Part shown: positions 9,196-18,398 of the stretch, one piece after another | How the letters are laid out: each line of letters starts with the position of its first letter | Position numbering within the stretch: the first letter of the stretch is position 1 | Assembly (NCBI GenBank): GCA_030646565.1 | Contig: JAUSLA010000046.1 | Location: 1-38,528, forward strand | From: a bacterium | Lineage (GTDB): Bacteria; Patescibacteriota; Minisyncoccia; Minisyncoccales; RBG-13-42-11 | DNA length: 38,528 nt | Direction of reading: 5' to 3' | Made by a program: the position numbers and the translations under genes | The notes under the pieces: model-generated | Told to the model about the DNA's origin: nothing | The model's database searches: none | Seen by the model: only the letters and a program-made list of their open reading frames with translations

Positions 9196-10782
9196 TTAGT
9201 ATTTCAGAAACTTTAGTTTTTGGCTTTTTTGGAGCCGCCAAAATATAAACCCAAGAATGAAATAAGAAATTAAAAGAAATCCCCAATGAACGTTTGCCAG
9301 ATGCAGAGCGGCGTAGGGAATTTTGGAGAAAAAATCAATTACTTTTACAATATAGGTTAAGGAAAACCAGACGGGCACAGAAAAAATAATCCCCAATGGC
9401 TGAAAAACCATTCCCGTAAAACCGAAAAGAAAAATCAAAATGGTGACTGGCGCCAAAAAAGGAACAATCAGAATGTTAGCAACAGGAGAAAGCAAAGAAA
9501 TGAAGCCAAAATTATAAATTAAAATCGGAATAGTAAAAATTTGAGCTGATAGGGTAGCCGCTAAGGTTGCCCTTAAAGGGAAAATTTTTGGATTGGGAAG
9601 ATATTTAAGGAAACTTGTGATAGTTGGCTGCCAATAAATAATTCCTAAAATTGCCAGAAAAGAAAGCTGAAAACCAATATCCAATCTCAATAAAAGAGGA
9701 TTTATCAGCAGCATTAAAAAAGCGGCGAAAATAACTGCCCGGGAAGCGGATGATAATCTGCCAAAATATTGCGCCGCGAGCACAATGCCGGCCATAATTC
9801 CCGCCCTTACTGCCGAAGCCGGAGCGCCTATCATTAAAATATATAAAGCGAGCAATAGCGCGGCAAGATAAAAGGCCTGCTGCCGCCACAAGCCCAAAGA
9901 AAGCAGAAAAACCAAAATTAGAGAGGCAATAATCGTAATGTTCATTCCGGAGACCGCCGCAATGTGCCTGGTGCCGGTAAGATTTAGCTTGTCTTTCCAT
10001 TCCTTGGAAATGTTATTTTCATCGCCAAAAACTAAGGCCTCCAATAGCCCTTCCTGGGGAGGCGAAATAAAAGCGCTTGCAACTTCTTGAAACTTCTTTT
10101 TAAAATTTAAAACATTCGCATATATTATTGATATCGGATATTGATAATTTCCTCTCTCTAACGGTTCAATTTTCGGCCAACTCATAACCGAATAAATTCC
10201 GTCTTTTTTAAGATAATTTCTATAGTCGAAGAACGTTCGTTCTTCTTCATCCTTCGCTACGCTCGGGTAATTGAAACTTTGGCTTCGACTGAGCTCAGCC
10301 GAATGTCCAAATATAGGCGGGGATTCCAATTTTCCTGTAATTCTTAATTTGTCTCCATATTGATATTCCGGATATAGAGAAGCTGTCACTAAAATCTTTC
10401 CATTGACGCTATCTGAACCTTCCTCATAGTTTTCAATATCTTCTGGTTGAATTATTAATCCCACGCTCTTTCCTCTGATATCCGGCTCGGCTATTACAAT
10501 CCCGACCAAGCTAATAATTTCTTCTTTATTGTTTAGCCAGCTTAATTCAGAATTAATGCTTTGGGCTTCGAATGTCTGATAACGCCAAATTCCGGCCAAA
10601 AAAAATAACAAACAGAATCCAGTAACTGTTATTCTTTTATATCTCCATAAAACAGAAATTAGCAAGACCCCAAAAATTAAAAAACCCAGCATTGCAAGCT
10701 GAGAAATACGCATAAGTGGACCGAGAAATACGCCTCCGACAAAAGATAAACAGAGGCATATTAATATTTTTGAATAAGACAT
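9196..10782 (-). CDS. comEC: ComEC/Rec2 competence DNA channel (OB plus Competence domains, no beta-lactamase domain)
   Basis: GTRHIAAVSGMN, ASAVRAGIM, GFQLSFLA motifs; repeat-derived insertions near 10224-10305. Confidence 0.92.
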   Translation of the reverse strand: MSYSKILICLCLSFVGGVFLGPLMRISQLAMLGFLIFGVLLISVLWRYKRITVTGFCLLFFLAGIWRYQTFEAQSINSELSWLNNKEEIISLVGIVIAEPDIRGKSVGLIIQPEDIENYEEGSDSVNGKILVTASLYPEYQYGDKLRITGKLESPPIFGHSAELSRSQSFNYPSVAKDEEERTFFDYRNYLKKDGIYSVMSWPKIEPLERGNYQYPISIIYANVLNFKKKFQEVASAFISPPQEGLLEALVFGDENNISKEWKDKLNLTGTRHIAAVSGMNITIIASLILVFLLSLGLWRQQAFYLAALLLALYILMIGAPASAVRAGIMAGIVLAAQYFGRLSSASRAVIFAAFLMLLINPLLLRLDIGFQLSFLAILGIIYWQPTITSFLKYLPNPKIFPLRATLAATLSAQIFTIPILIYNFGFISLLSPVANILIVPFLAPVTILIFLFGFTGMVFQPLGIIFSVPVWFSLTYIVKVIDFFSKIPYAALHLANVHWGFLLISYFILGFIFWRLQKSQKLKFLKY

Positions 10783-10783
10783 A

Positions 10784-10888
10784 GTCAAAGAGAACTTCGT
10801 TCACCCGAGCCACAGGCGACGAGTGGAAAAGAACACGAATGTGTTCTTTGACTCTTCTTCACTTTCGTCCGCCAGAGGCGGACTCAGT
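10784..10888 (-). repeat. Nested two-hairpin repeats abutting the comEC start
   Basis: Outer copy on minus strand, with an inner plus-strand copy at 10803-10852 inserted in GTTC|TCTT. Confidence 0.85.
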
Positions 10889-10890
10889 AA

Positions 10891-11169
10891 CTAACGTATG
10901 CCGGCGAGCAAGCTTATACCCCCTTTCAGGCCAATCAATGCGGCAAAACCGAGCAAAAGGAATGTTGGCAACGAATAATAGATGCTTAAAACAAGCAAAA
11001 GTCCGGCTATAATATCCATCCAGCTTCCGACATCGGCTATAAACATTATCGCCTTTATCAATAGATAAACGGCGAATAAAAATATTACCGCGTTGGGAAT
11101 TGGAACGTTATAAAATCCTCTCACTAAAAGCAAAGCCGAAATTAAATCGGCAATTCCTAAAATTAACAT
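10891..11169 (-). CDS. Small hypothetical membrane protein
   Basis: 92 aa, 3-4 hydrophobic segments, starts 2 nt after the ftsZ stop. Confidence 0.75.
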   Translation of the reverse strand: MLILGIADLISALLLVRGFYNVPIPNAVIFLFAVYLLIKAIMFIADVGSWMDIIAGLLLVLSIYYSLPTFLLLGFAALIGLKGGISLLAGIR

Positions 11170-11171
11170 TT

Positions 11172-12101
11172 TTAAAATCCCGTAGCAATGACGGTTACCT
11201 TAATTTCTCCTTTTTTCAGTTTTTCGTCTTGCACCGCGCCAAAAATTATTTTTGCATCCGGATTGACTTCTTGATTAATAATTTTGGCCACCGTATCAAT
11301 TTCAGACAAGCTTATGTCTTTTCCGCCGGAAACATTAAATAAAACTCCTTTGGCCCCTTTTGGCGAAATATCCAGTAAGGGAGAATTAATTGCAGCCATT
11401 GCCGCTTTTTCCGCTCTGCCCTCGCCCCGGGCCCTTCCGACTCCAAAAAGAGCGGAGCCCGCGTTTACCATTATGGCTTTTACGTCGGCGAAATCAACAT
11501 TGATAATGCCCGGAAGCAAAATCAAATCAGAAATTCCCTGCACCGCCTGGCGTAAAATATCATCGCAAACCCAAAAAGCATTTATCAAAGATATGCTTGG
11601 GTCCAAGGTGGAAAGAAGTTTATTATTGGAAATAATAATTACGGTATCAACTTTTTCTTTTAATCTTTTAATTCCATTCTCGGCGATTCTTTCTCTAGCC
11701 AGCCCTTCAAAAGAAAACGGCTTTGTGACTACGGCCAAAGTCAAGGCGCCCGTTTCTTTAGCTACTTCAGCAATAATAGGGCTAGCTCCACTCCCTGTAC
11801 CTCCGCCCATGCCACACGTAATAAAAATTACATCTGAACCCTTCAAAGCGTCTGCTATATCTTGACGGTTTTCCAAAGCCGATTTCCTGCCAACTTCGGG
11901 ATCCATTCCGGCTCCCAACCCTTGGGTAATTTCAACGCCAATTCTCAATTTCACATCGGCCCTGGCTTTCGCAAGGTCTTGGGCATCCGTATTAATGGCA
12001 ATTAATTCTATGCCTTCAATGTTGCATCTTGCTATTCTTGAAACAGCGTTCAAACCGGACCCTCCCACCCCGACAACTTTTATTTTTGTTAAATTTGTCA
12101 T
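11172..12101 (-). CDS. ftsZ: Cell division protein FtsZ, lacking the C-terminal tail
   Basis: GGGTGSG tubulin signature, INVDFAD, ends VTVIATGF*. Confidence 0.97.
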   Translation of the reverse strand: MTNLTKIKVVGVGGSGLNAVSRIARCNIEGIELIAINTDAQDLAKARADVKLRIGVEITQGLGAGMDPEVGRKSALENRQDIADALKGSDVIFITCGMGGGTGSGASPIIAEVAKETGALTLAVVTKPFSFEGLARERIAENGIKRLKEKVDTVIIISNNKLLSTLDPSISLINAFWVCDDILRQAVQGISDLILLPGIINVDFADVKAIMVNAGSALFGVGRARGEGRAEKAAMAAINSPLLDISPKGAKGVLFNVSGGKDISLSEIDTVAKIINQEVNPDAKIIFGAVQDEKLKKGEIKVTVIATGF

Positions 12102-13327
12102 AAAGAAAAACTTCTGAATATCTTTTTAATTGCGTTCCCGAATTTTCCCTTAAACGCAGCTAAGGAATCTCCCCCGAAAGAAGATTCTTTTTCCGCACCG
12201 GCTCCCCTTAAAACTAAACCGCAAGCTGTACTAAAACTTAAATCATCTTCCAGGCCTGTAAAATTATACGGCTTTCCAATCCGACAATGCAACTTTAAAT
12301 CTTTTTGGGCAAACTCCACTATTTTGGGAAGCTTTGACCCTCCTCCTGTCAAAACTATGCCGGCGGGCAGCAGTTCGTATTTTTGAATTTTCTTTAACTC
12401 CTTTTTTACTTCCTCAAAAATCTCTTCAACCCTGGCTGTAATAATTTTTGTTAATGTTTTCTGGGAAAGAATTAAATCCTCTTCGCCTTCTGTCTCCGTT
12501 TCAATTCTTTCTTTTTTGTCCTTTCCTTTGAAAACGCAGCATCCCCGCTCAATTTTTATCCTTTCTGCCGTGTCAATATCAGTTTTCAAGCCTATGGCAA
12601 TGTCGTTTGTGATATTTGAAGAGCCGATTGGGAAAATAGCCAGATGGACTAAATCACCGTCCTCAAAAACAGAAAGTTCCGTAGTGCCAGCTCCAATATC
12701 CAATAGAGCTACTCCTATTTCTTGCTGACGCGGTGTCAAAACGGCTAAAGAACTGGCTAAGGGAGAGGGAACGATATCTAAAATCTGAAGGTCGGAGCTT
12801 AAAACCGTTTGGGTCAAATTATTTTTGTAAGGAGAAAAGCCTGCCAAAACCAAAACCTCCGTTTCTAATCTTACTCCCTGCATGCCAACTACTTCTTTTA
12901 TTCTACTCTGACCGTCAACCGCGAATTCTTTTGGAAAAATATCTAAAATTTCGTTATTAGAAGGCAAGGAAAATGTCTGGGCGGCCTGGATGACCCTTTC
13001 TACGTCTTCTTTTGAAACTTTCTTGTCTGCCCTAGAAACAGCCACGGTGCCGTGGGAATAAGTTGTGAAAATATGACTGCCTCCGATATTGACGTGAACA
13101 GAATCAATTTTCTGGCCGGTTTCCGCTCTAACCCTTAAAAGAAGCGACTGTAAAATTTTTGCCGTTTTTTCTATATCAATTATCACGCCCCTCCTCACGC
13201 CAAAAGACGGCTCTTTTCCCTGCCAGATTACTTCAAGATTTAATTCGCCGTTTCTTTTGGAGGCGACCAGCATTTTAATCGAGCTTGTCCCGATATCTAA
13301 ACCGGTAATAATAGTTGGCTTTGCCAT
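12098..13327 (-). CDS. ftsA: Cell division protein FtsA
   Basis: GLDIGTSSIK, DIGAGTT, VLTGGGS and a C-terminal amphipathic helix; overlaps the ftsZ start. Confidence 0.96.
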   Translation of the reverse strand: MAKPTIITGLDIGTSSIKMLVASKRNGELNLEVIWQGKEPSFGVRRGVIIDIEKTAKILQSLLLRVRAETGQKIDSVHVNIGGSHIFTTYSHGTVAVSRADKKVSKEDVERVIQAAQTFSLPSNNEILDIFPKEFAVDGQSRIKEVVGMQGVRLETEVLVLAGFSPYKNNLTQTVLSSDLQILDIVPSPLASSLAVLTPRQQEIGVALLDIGAGTTELSVFEDGDLVHLAIFPIGSSNITNDIAIGLKTDIDTAERIKIERGCCVFKGKDKKERIETETEGEEDLILSQKTLTKIITARVEEIFEEVKKELKKIQKYELLPAGIVLTGGGSKLPKIVEFAQKDLKLHCRIGKPYNFTGLEDDLSFSTACGLVLRGAGAEKESSFGGDSLAAFKGKFGNAIKKIFRSFSL

Positions 13328-13331
13328 AAAT

Positions 13332-13946
13332 TTATACTTGCGATAAATAGCATTCTTCTTTCTTTTTCATTATTTTTTCTTCTTTTTCGCTCCTTTCGTG
13401 GTCATATCCAAAAAGGTGTAAAGTCCCGTGGATTAAAACCTTGGCTAATTCTTTATTATACGTTAAACCGAATTTTTTTGCATTTTTTCTAACCTCTCTC
13501 AAGCAAATTACTATTTCGCCCAATCCCTGACCCGAGCGAAGCGAAGGGTGAGCAACCTTAAACTTTTCCCACCCGCTTGGCGGGTACCCGACTTTTGATT
13601 CCGGAAAAGCCAAAACGTCTGTCGCCCGATTTTTATTTCTGTATTTTTTATTCAACTCCCTTATTCTTCCCTGTCCCACCAAAGCGATGGATAAACCAGC
13701 TTTTTCTTTTACCGAGTCCCGCACCGAGCCTCCAAGGGAAGCGAAGGTGGAAAAGAGGACGCAGTCCTCTTTGACGGGACGAGTCGAAGAGCATCCGCTC
13801 TTCTCCACCCTTCGCCTATCGGCTCGGGTAGCTGGAGACGAAAACTTAGTCCTCGTCGCCTTTTCTCCCTTCAATACAATGTTTGTAGTTTTTTCCAAAA
13901 ATTTTTCATCAACGATATTAGTAGTTAAATTATTAATTTCAATCAT
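13332..13946 (-). CDS. ybeY: rRNA maturation endoribonuclease YbeY with repeat-derived insertions
   Basis: LNKKYRNKNRATDVLAFP, LGEIVIC and IHGTLHLFGYDH motifs. Confidence 0.93.
   Translation of the reverse strand: MIEINNLTTNIVDEKFLEKTTNIVLKGEKATRTKFSSPATRADRRRVEKSGCSSTRPVKEDCVLFSTFASLGGSVRDSVKEKAGLSIALVGQGRIRELNKKYRNKNRATDVLAFPESKVGYPPSGWEKFKVAHPSLRSGQGLGEIVICLREVRKNAKKFGLTYNKELAKVLIHGTLHLFGYDHERSEKEEKIMKKKEECYLSQV
13711..13860. repeat. Triple nested repeat, a 150-nt in-frame insertion in ybeY
   Basis: Outer 13711-13860 (+), inner 13723-13775 (+), inner 13783-13829 (-). Confidence 0.85.
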
Positions 13947-13950
13947 TATT

Positions 13951-14673
13951 TTATTTTAAAAACTTAAAAGTGGAGAGGATTGTATCATATTGCGACACCG
14001 CTTTTTCCACTTCCTTGTCAGGGTAGACTCCCTTGCGTAATTCTTCCCCTCTTCCATTGTTTTTCTCAACATCAACGGTACGATATCTTAAAGACGTGAG
14101 CTCCTCCTTAAAATAGGGTTCTATTGGCAGTCTTGTCAATAACTTTATCCCAACATCATTTATGAAAAAATCCGTTTCGATGTAATAAGAACCACCGGGG
14201 ACATCATAACCTATAGTTTGAATTGCCTTTCTACCATCTATTTCCAAAAATTTCCATCCCGCCAAATATCCAGGAGGCAAAATGCCTTTTTCAATATTCT
14301 CCTTATGTTTCACAAAGTTCTCCTTTGTGCTAATTTCCACTCCTATTCCTTGGGAAACATACTCTTTTTCTGTCGGTAATTCATTGTAGTCAATAAGCAC
14401 CAGGCACAGGTTGCCGTCCCAACAAATATCATTTTTCATCCAATCTTTTGGGTGTCTAAATTCAAACTGATATTTATCATTTTTATAAATCTTCCAATCA
14501 GCCGTTTCTTCTTTTGGGGAAAAAATAACACCAAAAGTTTTAACTTCCTCTTCTGGTATCCACCTCTGCTGTAAAACTATAACCCCTCCGGCAACGAGAA
14601 TGACTATAATAATAATGAGAATGCCTACCGGAGTGGAAATTCCTTTGTTAAGGATTTTGTTTTGGTTGTTCAT
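13951..14673 (-). CDS. Hypothetical membrane-anchored surface protein (PsbP-like fold suspected)
   Basis: KG|ISTP followed by a hydrophobic anchor; TADWKIYKNDKYQFEFRHP and C-terminal ILSTFKFLK. Confidence 0.75.
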   Translation of the reverse strand: MNNQNKILNKGISTPVGILIIIIVILVAGGVIVLQQRWIPEEEVKTFGVIFSPKEETADWKIYKNDKYQFEFRHPKDWMKNDICWDGNLCLVLIDYNELPTEKEYVSQGIGVEISTKENFVKHKENIEKGILPPGYLAGWKFLEIDGRKAIQTIGYDVPGGSYYIETDFFINDVGIKLLTRLPIEPYFKEELTSLRYRTVDVEKNNGRGEELRKGVYPDKEVEKAVSQYDTILSTFKFLK

Positions 14674-14701
14674 AAAGCGAAGATTTAAAAAGTTTGTTGA
14701 A

Positions 14702-15055
14702 TTATATTATTCGTATTTTTCCTTCTTGGAGAACAACTAATCTATTTTTAATTTTATTTAATTTTATTTCCTTAAGAAAAGGCGCAAGATGAATAATTAC
14801 GTTCTGGGGAGATTGATCTCTCAATCTTAATAAAATAACCCCACTATGGGGTAGGTGTGGTTGACGAATTAAATTGCCAAAATCCTTATCGTGAGTAAGA
14901 ATAATTCGTTTTTCTTTTTGGGCCAATTTAAGAATTGACGCATCTGAAGCTCCAGACAACTTTTCTTCATAAATACTTAAGACATCAAATTTTTCCTTTC
15001 TTAAAGCGTCAACCACTCTCGGGGCGATATTTTCATCCGCCAAAAACTTAAACAT
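14702..15055 (-). CDS. DUF5615 PIN-like protein (putative toxin)
   Basis: KFLADENI, SDASIL..A..EKRIILTHDKDFG motifs. Confidence 0.88.
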   Translation of the reverse strand: MFKFLADENIAPRVVDALRKEKFDVLSIYEEKLSGASDASILKLAQKEKRIILTHDKDFGNLIRQPHLPHSGVILLRLRDQSPQNVIIHLAPFLKEIKLNKIKNRLVVLQEGKIRII

Positions 15056-15058
15056 ACA

Positions 15059-15277
15059 CTAAACAAATATAAGCTCTTCCCTCTTAATGGTTTTTGCCGC
15101 ATAATCCAAAGCGGCCAAAATATCTCTCTTCGTCAACTGCGGATATTCCCTTACAATCTCTTCGGGCGCCATCCCGGAAGCCAAAAGCTCCAAAATAAAC
15201 TCAACAGAAATTCTGGTTCCTTTAATTATGGGTTTACCGCCAAATATTTTTGTATTGTAAGTGATACGATTATCCAT
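15059..15277 (-). CDS. DUF433 protein (putative antitoxin)
   Basis: GGKPIIKGTRISVEFILELLASG..EEI..EYPQL..DILAALDY. Confidence 0.92.
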   Translation of the reverse strand: MDNRITYNTKIFGGKPIIKGTRISVEFILELLASGMAPEEIVREYPQLTKRDILAALDYAAKTIKREELIFV

Positions 15278-15351
15278 AATTTTATTTTAACAAATTTAGA
15301 AGGAAAATCAAATTATATGACTCCGTCTGCCTTATGGTTGTCGAAACGTCT

Positions 15352-15420
15352 TTATTCCAAAAACTGAAAAGTGGAAAGCGCCTAATGAATTATTCCTTCT
15401 GAAATTTTATTTAGAAATCT
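15352..15420 (-). pseudogene. C-terminal remnant of a paralog of the 13951..14673 protein
   Basis: Manual translation ...KISEGIIH*ALSTFQFLE* resembles ILSTFKFLK*. Confidence 0.4.
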
Positions 15421-15425
15421 ATGTA

Positions 15426-15526
15426 GGCGATGAAAACTATGTTTTCATCTTCACCTTCGTCCCGCACCAGAGCATAACAAAGGATGGAAAAAGAACGAAC
15501 GTTCTTCACGCAAAGCGGGACTCGGT
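15426..15526 (-). repeat. Nested two-hairpin repeats overlapping the yqeY 3' end
   Basis: Outer minus-strand copy with a degenerate inner plus-strand copy at about 15466-15509 that supplies the yqeY stop. Confidence 0.8.
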
Positions 15527-16063
15527 TAATAATTCCTTTACGATTTTTGAAACCGAACCGCCATCAGCCCTGCCTTTTATTGTTGGCATCAATTCTGCCA
15601 TTACTTTACCTAAGCGCAGCGAAGGGTGAAGAAGAGATTCATCTCTTCGACTTCCCATATCTTTCATCTCTTTAGCGTTAACTTTATCAATGGCTGCCTG
15701 AACCAATTTTTTCAGCTCTTCCTCTTTGAGCTGCTCGGGCAGGTATTTTTGCAAAATTTCCAATTCTTTTTTTTCTTTTTTAACCGATTCCTGCCTGCCG
15801 CCCTTTTCAAACCCTTCAATCGCCTCTCTTCTTTTTTTGGCTTCGTAAGATATAACTTCTATTATTTCTTCGTCTTGCAACTGACTTTCTTTTTCCAATT
15901 CTTCTGCGGTTAACTCTGATTTATCTCTGCCCAGTTTAAATCTTTTCTCTTTTTCTTTATTTAAAACGGCAGCTAAAAGCTGCCTTAAAACCAGAGCTTC
16001 CAATTCTTTTCTTTCTTTTATGGTTGAATTTAGTTCTTGCTGTATTCTATTTTTTAACCCCAT
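15506..16063 (-). CDS. yqeY: GatB/YqeY domain protein
   Basis: KKRREAIEGF..GR..E..ELEILQKYLPEQL, KDMG..KVM, GRADG; 15-aa repeat insertion at 15608-15652. Confidence 0.92.
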   Translation of the reverse strand: MGLKNRIQQELNSTIKERKELEALVLRQLLAAVLNKEKEKRFKLGRDKSELTAEELEKESQLQDEEIIEVISYEAKKRREAIEGFEKGGRQESVKKEKKELEILQKYLPEQLKEEELKKLVQAAIDKVNAKEMKDMGSRRDESLLHPSLRLGKVMAELMPTIKGRADGGSVSKIVKELLTESRFA

Positions 16064-16073
16064 AATGAAAATC

Positions 16074-16295
16074 TTAGGATTTTTTTTGGCCCATTTTATC
16101 TAATTTTTTATACTCCTCTTTAAGTTTTTCCCTTCTTAGAGCCGACCTCTTTTTCATTGCATGGCTCTTTGGCCGTTTATGATACCGATTTTTTCTTGCC
16201 CTGGCCAAAACCCTGCTTCTTTGGATGCGTTGAGTGAAGCGGCGGATTAAGCTTTGGGATGTTTCTCTCTCTTGTTTTTTTACTTCTAATGACAT
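16074..16295 (-). CDS. rpsU: 30S ribosomal protein S21
   Basis: MSLEVKKQERETSQSLIRRF..., very basic 73 aa, directly upstream of yqeY (common gene order). Confidence 0.85.
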   Translation of the reverse strand: MSLEVKKQERETSQSLIRRFTQRIQRSRVLARARKNRYHKRPKSHAMKKRSALRREKLKEEYKKLDKMGQKKS

Positions 16296-16309
16296 ATTTT
16301 TATTTTTTA

Positions 16310-16353
16310 GGCGATGAACTTCGTTCATCTTCACCCTTCGCTAACGCTCGGTT
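16310..16353 (-). repeat. Two-hairpin repeat copy
   Basis: GGCGATGAAC-TTC-GTTCATCTTCACCCTTCGCTAACGCTCGGTT. Confidence 0.8.
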
Positions 16354-16690
16354 AGGCGAAGGGCAGTTTTGCTCCGCCCATTAAGTGTAAATGCAAATGG
16401 TTTACGGTTTGACCCGCGCCTTTCCCGACGTTAAAGCTCAAGCGATAGCCCGTTTCAGCCACATTTTGCTTTTTGGCTATATTTCTGGCGACTAAGAATA
16501 ATTCTCCTATTAATTCTTTATCTTCCGACTCTAAATTATTTATAGAAGAGATATGTTTTTTCGGCACAATTAAAAGATGAACAGGAGCTTTGGGCTCAAC
16601 ATCTTTAAAAACAACGACTTTATCGTCTTCGTATATTATTTCAGAGGGCACTTCCTTATTAATAATCTTGCAAAAAATACAATCTGCCAC
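16352..16690 (-). CDS. Histidine triad (HIT) nucleotide-binding protein
   Basis: DCIFCKI, HLLIVPKKH and GQTVNHLHLHLMGG motifs. Confidence 0.95.
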   Translation of the reverse strand: MADCIFCKIINKEVPSEIIYEDDKVVVFKDVEPKAPVHLLIVPKKHISSINNLESEDKELIGELFLVARNIAKKQNVAETGYRLSFNVGKGAGQTVNHLHLHLMGGAKLPFA

Positions 16691-16780
16691 AATCGAGTCC
16701 CTCCTGCGTCGGGACGAAGGTTAAAAAGAGTCGAAGAATGTTCATTCTTCTCCGCCCTTCGCTGCGCTCGGGCCTTTGAC
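16691..16780 (+). repeat. Nested two-hairpin repeats
   Basis: Outer AATCGAGTCCC...GGGACGAAGGTT...CTTTGAC with an inverted inner copy at 16730-16773. Confidence 0.8.
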
Positions 16781-16783
16781 TAA

Positions 16784-18085
16784 TTATCTTAACCTCTTCT
16801 CTATTTCTTTTACCACTTTATCAAGTTTTACTGTATCCTGCCTGCCTGTCTTCATATCCCTGATAATAATTGATCCGTCTAACGCCTCCCTCTGGCCCAC
16901 AAGCAAAGTATATTGCGCCCCAACCTTGTCTGCAAGCCCCAATTGGGCCTTTAGAGAATCCTTGCCTAATGATTCGGCGATCGGAATTTTTACCCCTCTG
17001 AATTCCTCCAAAAGCTTTAATCCTTTTCTCTTGGCTAAATTCCCAATCTGGGCGAAAAAAACCGGGTAAGTTTCCTGCTTTTTCAATTGTAGCCCTCTTG
17101 TCCTCATTAAGGACTGCACTCTTTCAACTCCCATCGCGCAACCTACGGCTTTAACATTATCTCCGCCAAGCATTTTTACCAGATTATCATATCTGCCGCC
17201 GGAAGCCAAAGCATTCTTAACAGGAAAATCTTTTGTGTCCGATTCGTCCTTTGATTTTTCTTCGCTAAAAATCTCAAAGATAGTTTTTGTGTAATAATCC
17301 AAACCTCTTACCAAATAAGGATTCAGGCGGTAGGGAACCTCAATTTCATCAAGAAATTCCAAAACCCTTTTAAAATGGCTGTGGCATTCCTCGCACAGAT
17401 GATCAATGATTTGAGGCGCCTGGCTAACAATTCTCTGGCATTTTTCTTCTTTGCAGTCCAAAACTCTCAAGACATTTTCTCTAATCCGCCTCCTGCAGTC
17501 GGCGCACAAAGCGCCTTCTCTTGATCTAAGATAATTTGCTAAAAGTTTTTTATAATACGGCCGGCACTGGCTGTCACCGATGCTATTGATTTCCACAGCC
17601 AAGTTTTTAACTTTAAGCTCTTTTAAAATATTGTAGAAAATATTGATAATTTGAACATCTATCACCGGACTTTCCTCGCCTATAACCTCAATATCAAATT
17701 GATGGAACTGGCGATAACGGCCGGCCTGGGGATGTTCGTATCTGAAAACGGGCCCAAAAGAATAAAGTTTTATCGGCTGGGGTAAACTCTGCATGCCGTG
17801 TTCAATATATGCCCTGACGATGCCCGGAGTGAATTCCGGCCTCAAAGTTAAATAATCCCCGCCCTTGGTTTTTAAAACATACATCTGCTTTTGGACAATG
17901 TCGGTCGTTAATCCTGTTCCTTTCGAAAAAAGCTCTGTTTCTTCCAGAATCGGAGTATCTATTTTTTTGAAACCGTAAAAACTGGCGATATTCTCGCAAA
18001 CATTATAAATTTTCTGGAAATACGGCTGGTCGTCAGGTAAGATATCGTGCGTTCCGGTTGGCGTTTTGAATCTTGGTTTTTTCAT
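16784..18085 (-). CDS. hisS: Histidine--tRNA ligase
   Basis: LRPEFT, FRYEHPQAGRYRQFHQ, LVRGLDYYT and GGRYD motifs. Confidence 0.98.
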   Translation of the reverse strand: MKKPRFKTPTGTHDILPDDQPYFQKIYNVCENIASFYGFKKIDTPILEETELFSKGTGLTTDIVQKQMYVLKTKGGDYLTLRPEFTPGIVRAYIEHGMQSLPQPIKLYSFGPVFRYEHPQAGRYRQFHQFDIEVIGEESPVIDVQIINIFYNILKELKVKNLAVEINSIGDSQCRPYYKKLLANYLRSREGALCADCRRRIRENVLRVLDCKEEKCQRIVSQAPQIIDHLCEECHSHFKRVLEFLDEIEVPYRLNPYLVRGLDYYTKTIFEIFSEEKSKDESDTKDFPVKNALASGGRYDNLVKMLGGDNVKAVGCAMGVERVQSLMRTRGLQLKKQETYPVFFAQIGNLAKRKGLKLLEEFRGVKIPIAESLGKDSLKAQLGLADKVGAQYTLLVGQREALDGSIIIRDMKTGRQDTVKLDKVVKEIEKRLR

Positions 18086-18178
18086 AACCCTACGAATTAC
18101 GAATTAATACGAATATACGAATAAATTATGAGCGAGGCAAATGGTTTCAAGATGAATTTCATAAAGTTTTATTATGCG

Positions 18179-18340
18179 CTCGGGCAAATTATTGAGGGGG
18201 ACACATCGTAGTCCCGCCCATATCTAACTATGATTTATCTTTAAAGTAATGGAGGCGGGACGAGATATAGCAGCAGCCGAGAAAAAACTTTATTTTACCA
18301 CTTCTGCTGACTGCGTGTCACCCGAAATAAATTGCCCGAG
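18179..18340. other. Structured intergenic element (MITE-like or ncRNA)
   Basis: Terminal inverted repeats CTCGGGCAAATTATT..GGGGACAC / GTGTCACCC..AATAAATTGCCCGAG enclosing two internal stems. Confidence 0.55.
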
Positions 18341-18398
18341 GGCGAAAAGCCGATGGCAGGCAGGCGAATTGATTACGAATATATGAATATTTAGTTGT

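Noticed and set aside
11284-11865. Long antisense ORFs such as 11284..11865, 2326..2745, 27294..27821 and 31909..32220
   Set aside because: Shadows of well-supported genes on the opposite strand, with no motifs.
18179-18340. T-box riboswitch, 6S RNA or SRP RNA
   Set aside because: No T-box antiterminator motif, no SRP tetraloop domain, and a branched rather than rod-like fold; kept only as an unclassified structure.
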